From positions 35,466,001 through 35,530,000 of the forward strand of contig NW_024704743.1 in the NCBI RefSeq assembly GCF_018977255.1: a stretch of 64,000 nucleotides of DNA. The letters run 5' to 3'. A program made the translations under genes and the position numbers. The notes under the pieces were generated by a model. The model did not search any database and was not told where the DNA came from. It was given only the letters and a program-made list of their open reading frames with translations. The DNA is from Callorhinchus milii (taxonomy: Eukaryota). Below are positions 12,151 through 24,256 of this stretch, one piece after another (the stretch's first letter is position 1; the number at the start of each line of letters is the position of its first letter).

Positions 12151-13410
12151 ACAGACACCAGGACTTTGTTTAAAATTAGGCTTTTCAGAATAAATCCCAC
12201 ATTACAAAGAAATAATAATCCGAAAGAGGTCAAAGGTGAGTGTTGTTCCATGATGAGGAATATTCTGAGCCAGGATGCTGGCATTACACTTGCAGACTAA
12301 AATGTAAATGTAAAATGTTCCATCTTCAGCATTGACTGTTTTATCTCACTGTAATACATGAGTTGAAGTGAATCTCGTGGCTTCCTGACTTTGCACTGAG
12401 GTAAAGTAATGTTATGTTCTAACAGTTCAACCCATACAGATCAACGTACATTATAATTATAAACACACGTTCGCAGTGCTTATGTTGGACAAATTGTCAC
12501 TAAAATAACTATTGCAATCCTGGATAGGCAGCAGCAACATTTAATATGTTCGGGTAAGTGAGCGTCTTTAATTGAAGCCATCAAAAAGATTTCGCAATTG
12601 AGATCTTAATGATGTTAAATGTGCCATTTTGTTGCTAACAATGATTTCCATTTACATCGCAATTCCAAGCTGCTGTGGGAGGGAGGGATGGGGATGTATC
12701 GGTGTGTGCATTCTTTGCAATGCTATGAGTCAGCTTTGCTTTAGCAGTGGGAGCAGTCTGGTTTGAACGCGGTGTCTAAAGTTTAAACAAACAACACAAG
12801 CGGATTACCTTTATCAAACCGTTTCATCCATGGAGTTAAGTGTCAGGCTCTCCCAGTCCACCTCGTCTTTTTTTTTTCTCTCTCTCTCCCCCACATTAAC
12901 CGGGAATGCTCTTAGCTGTATTTCTTTTTTTTTATTTAAAATTAAAAAAATGTAAAATAAAAAAATAGCTTCTTTATGTCGTTATATAATATCCCGTGAG
13001 GTGTTGGGAGTGTGCATATGATACAGCTGATGTGGGACAACTGGCCATGTGTGTTGAACATGTCGGTGACAGGATTGAAGGAAATTTGAACTGAGGGGAA
13101 ATTGATACTCACCATCGCTTCAGAAATATAATCGGGAGTGAGTGTGTTCCGTACAAGGTTTAGGCTAAAAAAAAAGGTGTGTGTGTCAGTCGTGCAAAGA
13201 GAGAGCGGAGAAAGCTGTTGTGGTAAATTGTGGTACAGTTTTGAATGGGAAACTCCCCCCCCCCCCAACACCCCCCTCACTCCCCCCACCCCACCCCCCC
13301 TCTCCACCCTCTTTGAAGCTCGATGGATGGATAGCCACTAACTGTGCAGCTGCCAAGTGGTGGGGGTGGGTTAAGGAGACCACAAGGCAAAGCTGCAGTG
13401 CTGAGCCATG

Positions 13411-13869
13411 GCATCCCATCCCACCCCACCCCATCCCACCTCACTCCATCCCATCCCACCCCATCCCACCCCATCCCATCCACCCACCCACCCCATCCCA
13501 CCTCACTCCATCCCATCCCACCCCATCCCACCCCATCCACCCATCCCATCCCACCTCACTCCATCCCATCCCACCTCACTCCCATCCCACCCCATCCCAC
13601 CTCACTCCATCCCACCCACCTCACTCCATCCCATCCCACCTCACTCCATCCCATCCCACCTCACTCCATCCCACCCACCCATCCCACCCACCCATCCACC
13701 CATCCCATCCCACCTCACTCCATCCCATCCCACCTCACTCCATCCCATCCCACCTCACTCCATCCCATCCCACCTCACTCCATCCCATCCCACCTCACTC
13801 CATCCCATCCCACCTCACTCCATCCCATCCCACCTCACTCCATCCCACCCCACCCCACCCCATCCCATC
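13411..13869. repeat. Minisatellite, 20-bp unit CCATCCCATCCCACCTCACT with CCCA(T/C) sub-repeats
   Basis: Direct inspection; near-perfect units at ~13700-13845. Confidence 0.95.
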
Positions 13870-14042
13870 TCGGCTGTGGGTGAGTGGGAGAGCTTCACTT
13901 TGCACCACTGACCTCGACAGGTTTTCGTTCGTGTATCTGTGGCGCAACCCAACCGGTTGAATTCCGTTTGGTCTTTTCGCCTCGTTTTCTCAGAGGAGAC
14001 CGAACCCACTTCAGTATCATATCATATCATAGTGACAACCAG

Positions 14043-14087
14043 CCACCACCACCACCATCACCACCATCACCACCATCAGCAGCAGCG
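14043..14087. repeat. (CAC/CAT)n-(CAG)n trinucleotide repeat
   Basis: Direct inspection. Confidence 0.9.
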
Positions 14088-14419
14088 CCCCCCCCCCACC
14101 CCCCTCCCGGCACCTCCTTCAGACCCGACTCTCCAGGAGAGTGTGTGGATATTTTGGTGTGAGCTGCTGCTCCTGGTCGCGAGTTTAATTTTTTTTCCCG
14201 CGAGTTACTTCCAAACGCCACTTCCACGCGAATTCGCCCCAAATCAGGGGAGAAAGGCTGAGGAGAGCGAGCGGGCTCTGGGGGTCAACTGACACCCTGG
14301 GACTGCACGAAAAGTCATCCTGGCTGTGTGCAGAGGGTGTGGAGATGTTATGGGATTGAGCATTTTTTTCCTCCTGATCAAATTAATCCTTCTTGTACAA
14401 ACACTTTGCGTGTCAGTAT

Positions 14420-14570
14420 ATAATAATAATAATAATCCTTGCAATTGACACAGCGCCTTATCAAGTATTCGAGACGTCTCGACGCGCTTCACAGGTGATA
14501 CTGCACAGTGAATTATTGGCTGTATATTTTTTTGGGCGAAACTATATGATTCTGTGCTGCAACCAGTCGC
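14420..14570 (-). mobile_element. SINE 3' half (same family), unusually CpG-rich
   Basis: (TAA)n-TCCTTGCAATTG..AGCGCCTTATC..GAGACGTCTCGACGCGCTTCAC. Confidence 0.8.
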
Positions 14571-17500
14571 TGGATACGAAAGAAACTTCAGAAAGGGAGG
14601 CGGGCGGCTGTTGCTTTTCGAAAATACTGTATATGTAATTCTCAATATACAAATAATGTGCAACAACTGAGATAGATATATAAAAACAAAGAATGAAAAA
14701 CGTCAGTTATATTCCGAGACGGAAGAAAGTATACGATGTAGTCGAAACCAATAACAAAATACTAGTTTTTACGACATAAATGTAACAAGTCTATAAGATC
14801 CCCCCCCCCCACCCCCCAGTTATTACTTATTACCAGAGAACAATAGGATACAGAAATATAAGTGTCCCGTTTAACAGTCGATACAGTCCCGCCCAGGGTC
14901 TGAATGAATAATACATGCCAACACCGCAGCACTGAGTCTGCAGGTCCCGCAGATACAAAGTTCCCACGCATGTGAAATCTTCATTAGGTACACGGCGAGC
15001 AGCAGAGTGCGGCGGGATGATTTGCAGGAAACGTGGCTGTACGTTTGTGAATTTCATCCTGGTTTTTTGTTATTGCAATAAAACAAGCAGTGTAAAACCG
15101 CTGACAGGTCGTTTCCTCGCAATCCTTCTTCTATGGATCCTTTGAGACTCTCTGCATCCTAGTAACACAATATGATAAAGCACAGGCTTCCAGAGTGCTG
15201 CAACTGAGATATGCCATTGCCCTCTACCCCTTTCTCCCCCCCCCCCCCCCCCCCCCCACCCCACCCCACCTCCCTCCTTCTGCTCATTTCACATTGCAGT
15301 AATGTATTCATCTCTTGGTAAAAGTCAAGGTAACGCTGTAATATTTGTGTTACAACGTCGAGCAAAAACAAAAACAAAAACAAAACAACCCCACAAACTA
15401 AATAGATAAATAAATAAACTGCTGTTGTCTAGAATACATCAGGCATTACATCACAACACTTTTGCACAGGCTGTTCAAGTAGTGATTGCGGGCACAAAGG
15501 TTACATGAAACAGGAATAAAGGCATCAAACCCACTTTCGTGGCTGCAAGCATTATTAGGAGTATCCTTTTACACACTTAGTTCAATTTGTTGTTTTGTTC
15601 ACACACACACGTTACGAAAAGAAATGTTACGTTAGAACTATCTGTATAAAACCCGAAAACAGAAAGAGAACCAAAGGAGGGAGCAAATAATTCTGCAGTA
15701 CATAAATGACTGCGGCAAAACTGTATCTCTTATTGTTATTGAGTTATCTTTTGAGGCAACTATTCTGAATATACTAGCTTCTATTTATCGGTAGAAACTA
15801 TCTATTTGTTGATAGATATTTATAGAAACTGAATCTGCGAACAACCTAAAATATTCATTATAATTATTTATTTAAATATGATATTTTAAATAGATTTTTT
15901 TTAATTCCCCCCCCCCCTCCCCACCCCCCACCCCCCACCCATCCCCAACACTGAACGTTGGAGCAGCTATTCATGTGTGCGTCACGTTGAAGCTTCTATA
16001 AAAATAATTTATAGTTTTATGTGATTTTCATTCACAGGCGCGGGCATCAGGCTAAGAAATGTATTTTAGCATGTGGAAATGCAAGGGTATGATCAAGTCA
16101 GATACACTGTGTAACCTTTCTGCTCATCTATACTGGCTGTTGTCACACATTTAAGCAGTCAGGCTCTGCTCAATGCATGAAGCAAACGTTTGACATTTAG
16201 AAGCTCCCCCCACCCCTTATATATATACATATATATATATACACACACACACACACACGAGGGATACATTCCCCCACCCTCACCACCACGAGAAGCAATT
16301 TCGAATGACTGCCTGGCTCTGTGTGCGATTAAAGTGGCATATTACAAATTTGCAAAACTGTAACAAGGTTTGATCTCCGTTTAAAAGACACGACAAGGTT
16401 AACGGTTCAAAGTGTTTTGGTTAAAATAGCCGAGCGGGCGGGGAATGTTTGGGAAAATAATGAAACCGAGAGCGTTGTGAATCAAACGCTCTCCTTCTCC
16501 CTAAAATCAGGCTGGGTAAGATTTTCAGACAATTGACATTATTTCACTTGGTTATTTTTTTCAGGCTGACTAGGTCTTCTTCCTACACATCAATCATGCA
16601 AACGTGCCTTTTTTGACATGTAAATACTACAGCACATTTAATTCCGTTTCATCCAAACAAAAGATCAACACGCCAGGTGTGAGCAATATTAATACAACCG
16701 GCGTGAGGAATGTGTTACTTTCTAAACATATACAGCTACAGACTGAATCAACGTTGACCACTGGTTTGTGAGCATGTAGTTTGCTCTTCTTAAGACATAA
16801 CTTACCCTCCACCCCTTCTTTGCGGATTCCCCGAAAAACACAAGATGCATTGGATGTGAAAAGTCGCAGACTGAATATTTGAAGATTAAAACGAATCGTT
16901 TTAAAAGCATAACAATCCTGTTTTGCTATCGCGAAGGCCGACAGGAATCGAACTGAGTAGCGACTTACTCTATGGCCCTGTTATAAATGACGAGAAACAG
17001 TGGGTGCAAAGCCCAGTTTCCACAGTGGAGCTTTATTTTTTTGAGCTGTGATCTGACACAGCAACTCCCCTCCATCCCCGGGCCAACCCTAGACCTCAGT
17101 CAGACACGTTCTCGTCCACCGCACAACAGGACAATTCTATAAATACTTCACCTCAACACTAACACACGGATCACACCATCAGTTGCAGTTAACACACGCG
17201 CGGCAGAGATTTGGGTACAAACGCGCATTGGGTGGGGGGTGGGGGGGTGGGGGGCCATCGGTGCGATTTGTGCACACGCTGATGCGTGTTTTTTTTGCTG
17301 AATTAATACAAAGGTTATTCGTCTTTTTTTTGCAGTAATAATGTGTTTTTCTCTCTCTCTCTCTCTGTGTGCGTGTGTGTGTGTTTTCCTCGGGATTGCT
17401 CTGATTCCCAGCTCTAGATTCTGCTTGGACTCACTCACGCACCTGAAGGGCTCCAACACAGACAGCCCCCACCCCCCCCCCCCCCCCCCCCCTCCCCTGC

Positions 17501-20469
17501 AGCCGTCGCCTGGGTAACGCGGGTTTGGCACTGAGCCGCTTCGTCTCCTGCAGAACTAACCATGAGACATTCATTATTAAAGCAACCCCCTTTCCTTTCC
17601 CTTCACACTCACCCACTCTCTCATTCACTTCCGTCTCGTTGCACACACGTTGCCAGTGCAAAGAGAGCCGCCCCCCCCCCCAAAAAAAAAAAACCTGTGT
17701 CTTCTCTAAAACACAATTTTTCTAAAAAAAACACTTAACAGTTTAAGCTTCCCACTTGCACCTCCACTGCAGTGAAATACTGGACGCACAAACCTTCACC
17801 CACTTTAAAGTGCAATGCCTGAGGATAGTTTTTTTTTGCTGAGTGTACAATTCAGTCACTAACTCTACAGTATTTTGCGTGCAAGCGTTTCATCGATCGG
17901 TTTTACGGTTTTATACTTATAATAGAGAGAGCTATATACAACGATGCCAGTGATGGGAAGCCAGTGAGTGTCAAACTAACAAAAAAAAGGCAATTGGACG
18001 CGACATTAATTGTGGAATATCCAAGGTAAACTACAACAAAAGGTATGAGGCATGTGGGGCTAAATTGAATTTGTTGCAAAGCAACCAATCTGGTTTGGAT
18101 TTTTTATTCTATCCCTCCCCCGGGGGCTGGATTATTACTGGAGCCAGCACGGGGAGGGGGCTGCAGAAGCACATATCTGCGGCTTGTGAGGCTCGGCTCT
18201 CGGCTGTGAGTGTCAGCAAAGTGAGTGAGTGAGTGAGTGAGGGAGTGAGAGAGCTGGTGATACAGCCGCTCTCCAACAGCGCACACACTGCATCGCCCGT
18301 TGACTCAAATCCTTGTGGTGTACATGTATAGCACCCTGTCCCGGGACACCATATCCTTCCCCTCCTCTGCCCATCCATCCCATCCATCCCATCCATCCCA
18401 TCCATCCCGCCGCTGAGATGCGAGCGTGTCTCTTCCCAGGGGAGAGCCTGAAACAGGCAATTCACCAAAGTGAAGACAGAGCCGAGGACTGACTGACTGG
18501 CGCGGGTTCAGTGACAGCTGGACACCACCACACAAAACACGTGCCAACAACGCACAGATTGGCTTAACCTTGTCACTTAGCAGTTAATACCCTCAGCCAC
18601 CACACGCCCATGTCACGCTTTCAAACATTGGGTTTTTTTTAAAAAAAAAACTGGTTCTGTTGATTTTAAATGTAATGACCTGAATGTCTTGGAAGTCCCC
18701 AATGCATTTTTTTTTGTGATGGATTTTGCAGGTCAAATGTGTCCTCCAATGTTAGGTTTAGTCGTTGACAATTGTGGACAGTATGTTTGATATGATAAAA
18801 AAAATTGTAACCCTACATCGGAGTCTGATTTCATATTTTAACACCAGTTAATAACATTCATTTACTGTCCTGGTGAAACCTAAATGAGGGAATTACTTGT
18901 CATGGGACTGATGAGGCTTTTGTCCTCGGGTTTATTAAATGGTACATTACATTTTTTAGACTGTTTGGGGGGGGGGGGAAGAACAATGTTATTAACAGAT
19001 GCCTCACATTAAATGCTGAAACTGACCAATTCGCAAGTATCTGGGTTTAAACTTGCGACCATTTTTACATCGATTAAAAATGTTGAAAGGTACAATAAAA
19101 TGATTTGAAACCAAGGACAGTTTATTGTAACACAGAGGCAGAGTTCGGTGCGGTGAGTCCTTATTGCATCCTGTTTGCATCCATTAAACGCCACAGGAGA
19201 TGCCTCAGGGGACAGTCAGCAAAGGACGCCCACATTTAAGAAGTAATTTAGCTCTAGATTATAGACGGAAATATATTAATTTCTCCTGTTTTTTAAATTT
19301 AAAAAAAACAAGCAGTATCCGAATGCCCAGATATTTGTGCACTAAGTCAGGAAAATCACTTTTAATATGTATATATTAAAAAATTGCGATTTTTAATATC
19401 ATGATAAAGATAAAATGAATCAAATTCAAACGAACAAAGTGCTAATTTCTTGTAAAATGAGCCTCCCACCCAGGTATTCAAATAAATCGTTTTTTTAACA
19501 AAAAACAATCCGCATTTATACGAGATCTAGATAAATTATTTTATGTAACTCGGGTGAAGTACCATTACATTCTTTTGTATATTTTGCACCAGATGTGAGC
19601 GCGGTTATTTTAAATCCGAAGAAAGATTATTCTAACTTGTAACTTTTTTGAAAATAAAGGTGTGCAATCAATCCCCCCCTCTTCTTGTCTTTTAAACATT
19701 TTATATAAGGAAAGGGCGAATATCAAAGGGGCTGTTCCAATATGTAATACTGTACATATTCATCCTAACATGTCTATTTGGGATCAGATTGTAAAGCATG
19801 AGTAAACTTGACCCCAGGTTTATTTAACCCCTAAAAATGTGTTTGTTGATGAGGTAATCCGGTGCCAGCACTTCAGGAGGGAGTGGAGGGAGAGGAGGGA
19901 AGAAGTGGGGGTGGGAGGGAGCAAATCGGGTTACCACCTACTGCTGATGATTTATGAACTAGTTGACATTTCACGTTGCTCACACACTTAATTTTCAACC
20001 GCATGTTCCAGACCAGAGAGAGAGAGAAATAAATATCCCACCAGCCAGTCCCAGCCAGGCATCGCCTTTCCGAATCGCCTAACAAGAGCATTGAATGAAA
20101 TCCGCCGAAGGGTCGAAACCCCCCACACCCCTACCCCCACCCCCACCACCGGCTGCATTGGCGTTGGAGGGTAAAGACGTCTAACAAACAACCCATTCAT
20201 CTTTCTTCCTGTATCAGATCCCATATCACATCCACACAGTCCTCTCTATTTAGACGCACCGTCTCTATTCCCTTTTTTCTACTCGCGTTCCCTTATTTTA
20301 AAACCCGAAGACTATCAGTGCGCTAAAAATAGGAAAGCTTCTACTTCTGATCAATAAGGGCTGGTGCCATCTCAGCATTCTGCCTTATTAATTATGAAAC
20401 AGCTTTACTGACTGACTGACTGACTGACTACTCCTGGAAACATGACAAGGAGAGCTCGGGGTGTATATA

Positions 20470-20672
20470 GTTCGACGTCATCATTTTAATACAAATCGTA
20501 CAGCAGCTTTGTAACCATTCTCTCGCAGGTATTTTAACATGTTGCGATAATCCTTTTTTTCCCCTACGCTCTTGCTGTCTCACTTCGCCCAAAAACAACA
20601 GGGGACGCCGTGATTTCAAGCACAGAACTTGTTTTGCATTATTTCTGGATACGCAGCTATTCCTGTTTCCCC

Positions 20673-20712
<40 letters not shown>

Positions 20713-21217
20713 CTCTGGGTTTTTGTTTGTGTCGCCGATTTACGTTCTTTAAATTGTCGATTTAAATGTTGTTAATTTCTAAATCAGGAATTGGGGTCTC
20801 GTACCATTTCTTTTGAAATCCATTTAAGACCCCCTGTGATCTATGCGGCTTTACTGTTCCCACATCCCAAACGAGTCAGCGAATATAATATCATATCATA
20901 TCATATATAAAGTAATTTGTTGTAAAATAAAAGCGTGTGAGGGTGACGACATATCTTTTACACTACGAAACAAATCAGCGATTTTCTTCCAAGAGGGACG
21001 AATTTGTGCAACATCCGTCTTCCACGTTTTGAGGTGAATACTGTAGTTTTCTTGGCGCGATGAGGAGAGGTGCGAAATGATAAAAAACTCTAATCTGAAA
21101 CTGCACTGGAGGCAGCAGCAATAACCAAGGTGTTAAATTATTCACAACGAATTACACCAAAGAGTGAACAGCTTTTTGCTTTGCTCTCTCCCCCTCTCTC
21201 TCTCTCTCTCTCTCTCT

Positions 21218-21268
<51 letters not shown>

Positions 21269-21619
21269 CGAAGAACCCACACTGTTTAGCATATGGCCAG
21301 AGGCCGTTCCTGAGTTTGAACCGAAGTGGGTTTACAGTTTGCATTTTTTTTTCTCTTGAAATGACACAGGTGCAAAGTCTGTAGATTTGTGTTTGCTGTC
21401 AATCACTGCTCGGTAACATTTGGCAAATAAGGACGGATCGCGTTGTGTGCAACCGAAGGATATTTCCAGTTCTGGCAAAATGTCTTCTGGGTCACTGATG
21501 AATCAATACGTCCCGATAATTCTGAAATGATTGCAAAAATCCAATACGATGGTGTGTGTGTGGTTTTTTTTTCTCTCTCTCTCTCTCCTCTCTCTCTAAT
21601 GCTTTTGCGTGCGTTCTCC
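20470..21619 (-). other. NRN1: Probable NRN1 3' UTR with candidate ATTAAA poly(A) signal at 20485-20490
   Basis: Follows the stop codon. Contains blocks I recall from the mammalian NRN1 3' UTR (TTTGCCAAATGTTACC, CTCAGGAACGGCC, GTGAATAATT). The 3' end is inferred from ATTAAA only. Confidence 0.55.
21183..21268. repeat. (CT)n/(GA)n microsatellite in NRN1 3' UTR; a second at ~20675-20716
   Basis: Direct inspection. Confidence 0.95.
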
Positions 21620-21845
21620 TTAGAGTGTAATCCAGGTCACTAATGCAGACAGTGTTAAAACCGTGAAGATGAAACTCTGGGGAATTATTGCGTTGGCCGA
21701 GCCATTCGTTCCACACAGTTCAAACAAACTGCCTTTGAAATTGAGATTTTTGGAATCTTTTTTCAGCTTTTCCCAAACATCGGCCGCTCCCCCCTGACAG
21801 TCAGCGAGGGCGGTGGTGGCGCAGGCGTGGAAGTCTTCCCAGTAT
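21620..21845 (-). CDS. NRN1: Neuritin coding exon 3 (YWEDFHACATTALADCQGGAADVWEKLKKDSKNLNFKGSLFELCGTNGSANAIIPQSFIFTVLTLSALVTWITL*), C-terminal GPI-anchor signal
   Basis: Acceptor tttctctgtgatag|A TAC TGG; TAA stop at 21622-21620. Joined CDS is 55+145+226=426 nt, i.e. 141 aa plus stop, with six Cys in the mature domain and a hydrophobic tail. Confidence 0.97.
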
Positions 21846-23820
21846 CTATCACAGAGAAACGAATCGACACAGAACAATAAAAAAAAATGCATTGCTTTTT
21901 GTTGGTTGTTGTTGTTCTTTTTTTAAAAAAAAAAAAAAAAAAAAAATCCCTCTCCTGTAAAAGGATCTGCATTCAATTATGCGCCGTCTTAAAATAGCGC
22001 GACTTCGCTGACGGATTCAATCGCTCGCTCATTCGGTGAGTCAAAAGTCCCTGCATTCGTGTCGGCCTTTCGGAGGAGAAATTCATTGACAATTTCTCGC
22101 GAGGTGAGCAAAGGCGCTTTTGTTGCTCCCTCTAAAGCGACATGAATTATAGATTGGCCTTTGGCGCAAAGAAGCCTTGTTGCAACATTTACATTTTTCT
22201 CGACTGTGCATTTTTCTGAACAAATTCCAAGCGTTGTGGAACACCACCAGCCCCCCCCCCCCCCATACACACACACACACAAAAAAAAACAAATCACGTT
22301 ACACATTATGCAGCGTCGCATGGGGCTAAAAGAGTGTTATGGCTGTTGAATGTGCAACATTGCTTCTCATTGAAATCAGTGAAAAAAATATATATATCCC
22401 AATTAAGATTCTATCAATTGAACGAGTCGAGGCATGTCGTACATTCCCCACAATGGGCCCCATTATTTTTTTTATATGGTCGTAAATGTCTTATGGTTAG
22501 ATCAAAACAAAGGCGATGTTGAAAAGAGTATGCAGTGTAAATTGAGTCGCTTTCGATTGTTTATATAGAGCGCTTGTTCCTGCAAAGGCAGTCTTTAATT
22601 TATGAACACTTTAAAATGGTTGCAGAGCCCATGTTTAATACATTTGAAATAAATAATGAGGTATTGGGATGCCAGGGCCGGGCTGACTGTGCTCTTCCTG
22701 TAGTATTTCTGCTGTAATTGCATGTCCCAAAGGAAAACCAAATCATTTTTGATCTTCGTCTCCCTTCGCCTCTCACACAGCGAGGCACACGTACAGGGGA
22801 AAAAAAACAGCTGCGGAAGGGAGAGAAAGCGAAAATGCTGCAGGAAGAATAACTCTGAATTGTGATACTATATGAGCAGAGTTACAGCAAGAGTGAGAAC
22901 AAGCGATTTCACTGGTTTATCTGAAATTCACAATGAATTCGACCGAGTCTCTCCTCCATAAACACACTGAATCGCATGTAAGAGAAAGGGGTTTACAACG
23001 AAAGTGACGACGATTATCAGATATAGTTAAATTAAGAATTGTTCCACTGTAGCAGTTCATATGGGTCGTCTTTCTCTTTCTTATAAAGGCTCCCCCCCCC
23101 CTCCACCCCCCCAACCAGGGCTGGTAGGTATATAGTTGAATCGTTCTCAATACAGTACGTAGGCAAAATAGTTAGGTTATCGAGATGTGCAATGCTGAGT
23201 TCTTGGCAATGATTGCGAGGTGTGTTCTTAATTCAGGTTTTTAAATAAACATTAAGCGGGCAGGAACGTACGCGTGTCAAAAATAAAAGCACCCCAAAAA
23301 GGCTAATTCAGTATACATGCTGTCCTCTTAAATCGCCGTTATACAACACCATAGTCGGACAAATTCGCACTTTGCGGTCGGGTAAAAAGGAGATTACAGC
23401 TATTTTGATTTTTTTTCAAAAAAAAACTTTGCTGCAGTAAACCCTCAGTTGTCCCCCAATAGTGCAGGCTTCACAGTCTGTACGTACAGGTGTTGCTATT
23501 TTACGATTTTTCTTAACTAATATGAAAACGAACGCCTATGTTACACGCACATGTGCAGGCAGATTTCATTCATGTAAGGAAAAAAAAGAGTAGATGAAGA
23601 AAAACAAGATAAACTTGATCGCTGTAAGAGCATTGGTAAGAGCACCTGTAAACACGCACTGACCACGGTACATTCCTGCACACTGGCTGTAAGCACATAC
23701 TGTACATCTGAACATGGAGGTGATGACATCTGTAAATCTACAGACACGAAACCATGGGTTGACGGCGAGCATGTGGATTAAATACATGGATTTGCAGATG
23801 ACAGCTGTGTCAGCGAACAT

Positions 23821-24085
23821 GCGCGCGTGTGTGTGTGTGTGTGTGTGTGTGGTGCTCGCCTGGTGAGCAAGCAGACATTTATATAACTGTGCATGTGTCT
23901 AGGTGTGAGGGGAGAGCGTGTGGGTGAGTAACAGTCTGTGGGAGCGTGTGGGAAAGAGTGCGTGAATGTACATCATTACAGATTAAACTGTGAGTGTTTG
24001 TGTGTGTGAGTCAGAGTGAGTAAGTGTGTGTGTGTTGCGTGTGTGTGTGTGTGTGTGTGCGCGTGTGTGTGTGTGTGCGTGTGTA
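23821..24085. repeat. (GT)n microsatellite cluster in NRN1 intron 2, next to the exon 2 donor
   Basis: Direct inspection; reads as (CA)n on the transcript strand. Confidence 0.9.
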
Positions 24086-24111
24086 TGCATATATACCTGT
24101 GTCATACTTAC

Positions 24112-24256
24112 GAGCAGATGGTTTGGCGGTTTTGCTTATCATCCAGTTCCTGTGGGTACTGAGCCACATTGCCTCCGAGTTTCAGCAAACAATCCGATAA
24201 ACCTTTAAAGACTGCATCGCACTTCCCAGCCGCCCTCACAGCGTGGAACAGATATG
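24112..24256 (-). CDS. NRN1: Neuritin coding exon 2 ([49 protein letters not shown])
   Basis: Manual translation; the exon is not in the ORF track. Acceptor tattttgcag, donor TC|gtaagt, 145 nt, phases fit exons 1 and 3. [19 protein letters not shown] is the neuritin signature. Confidence 0.97.

Noticed and set aside
13181..13960. Long Pro/His-rich ORFs (259, 179 and 167 aa)
   Set aside because: Open frames are a by-product of the stop-free CCATC minisatellite; no splice or homology support.
13939..14292. ORF with poly-His/Gln/Pro resembling a transcription factor
   Set aside because: Explained by a trinucleotide repeat and a poly-C run; no recognisable domain.
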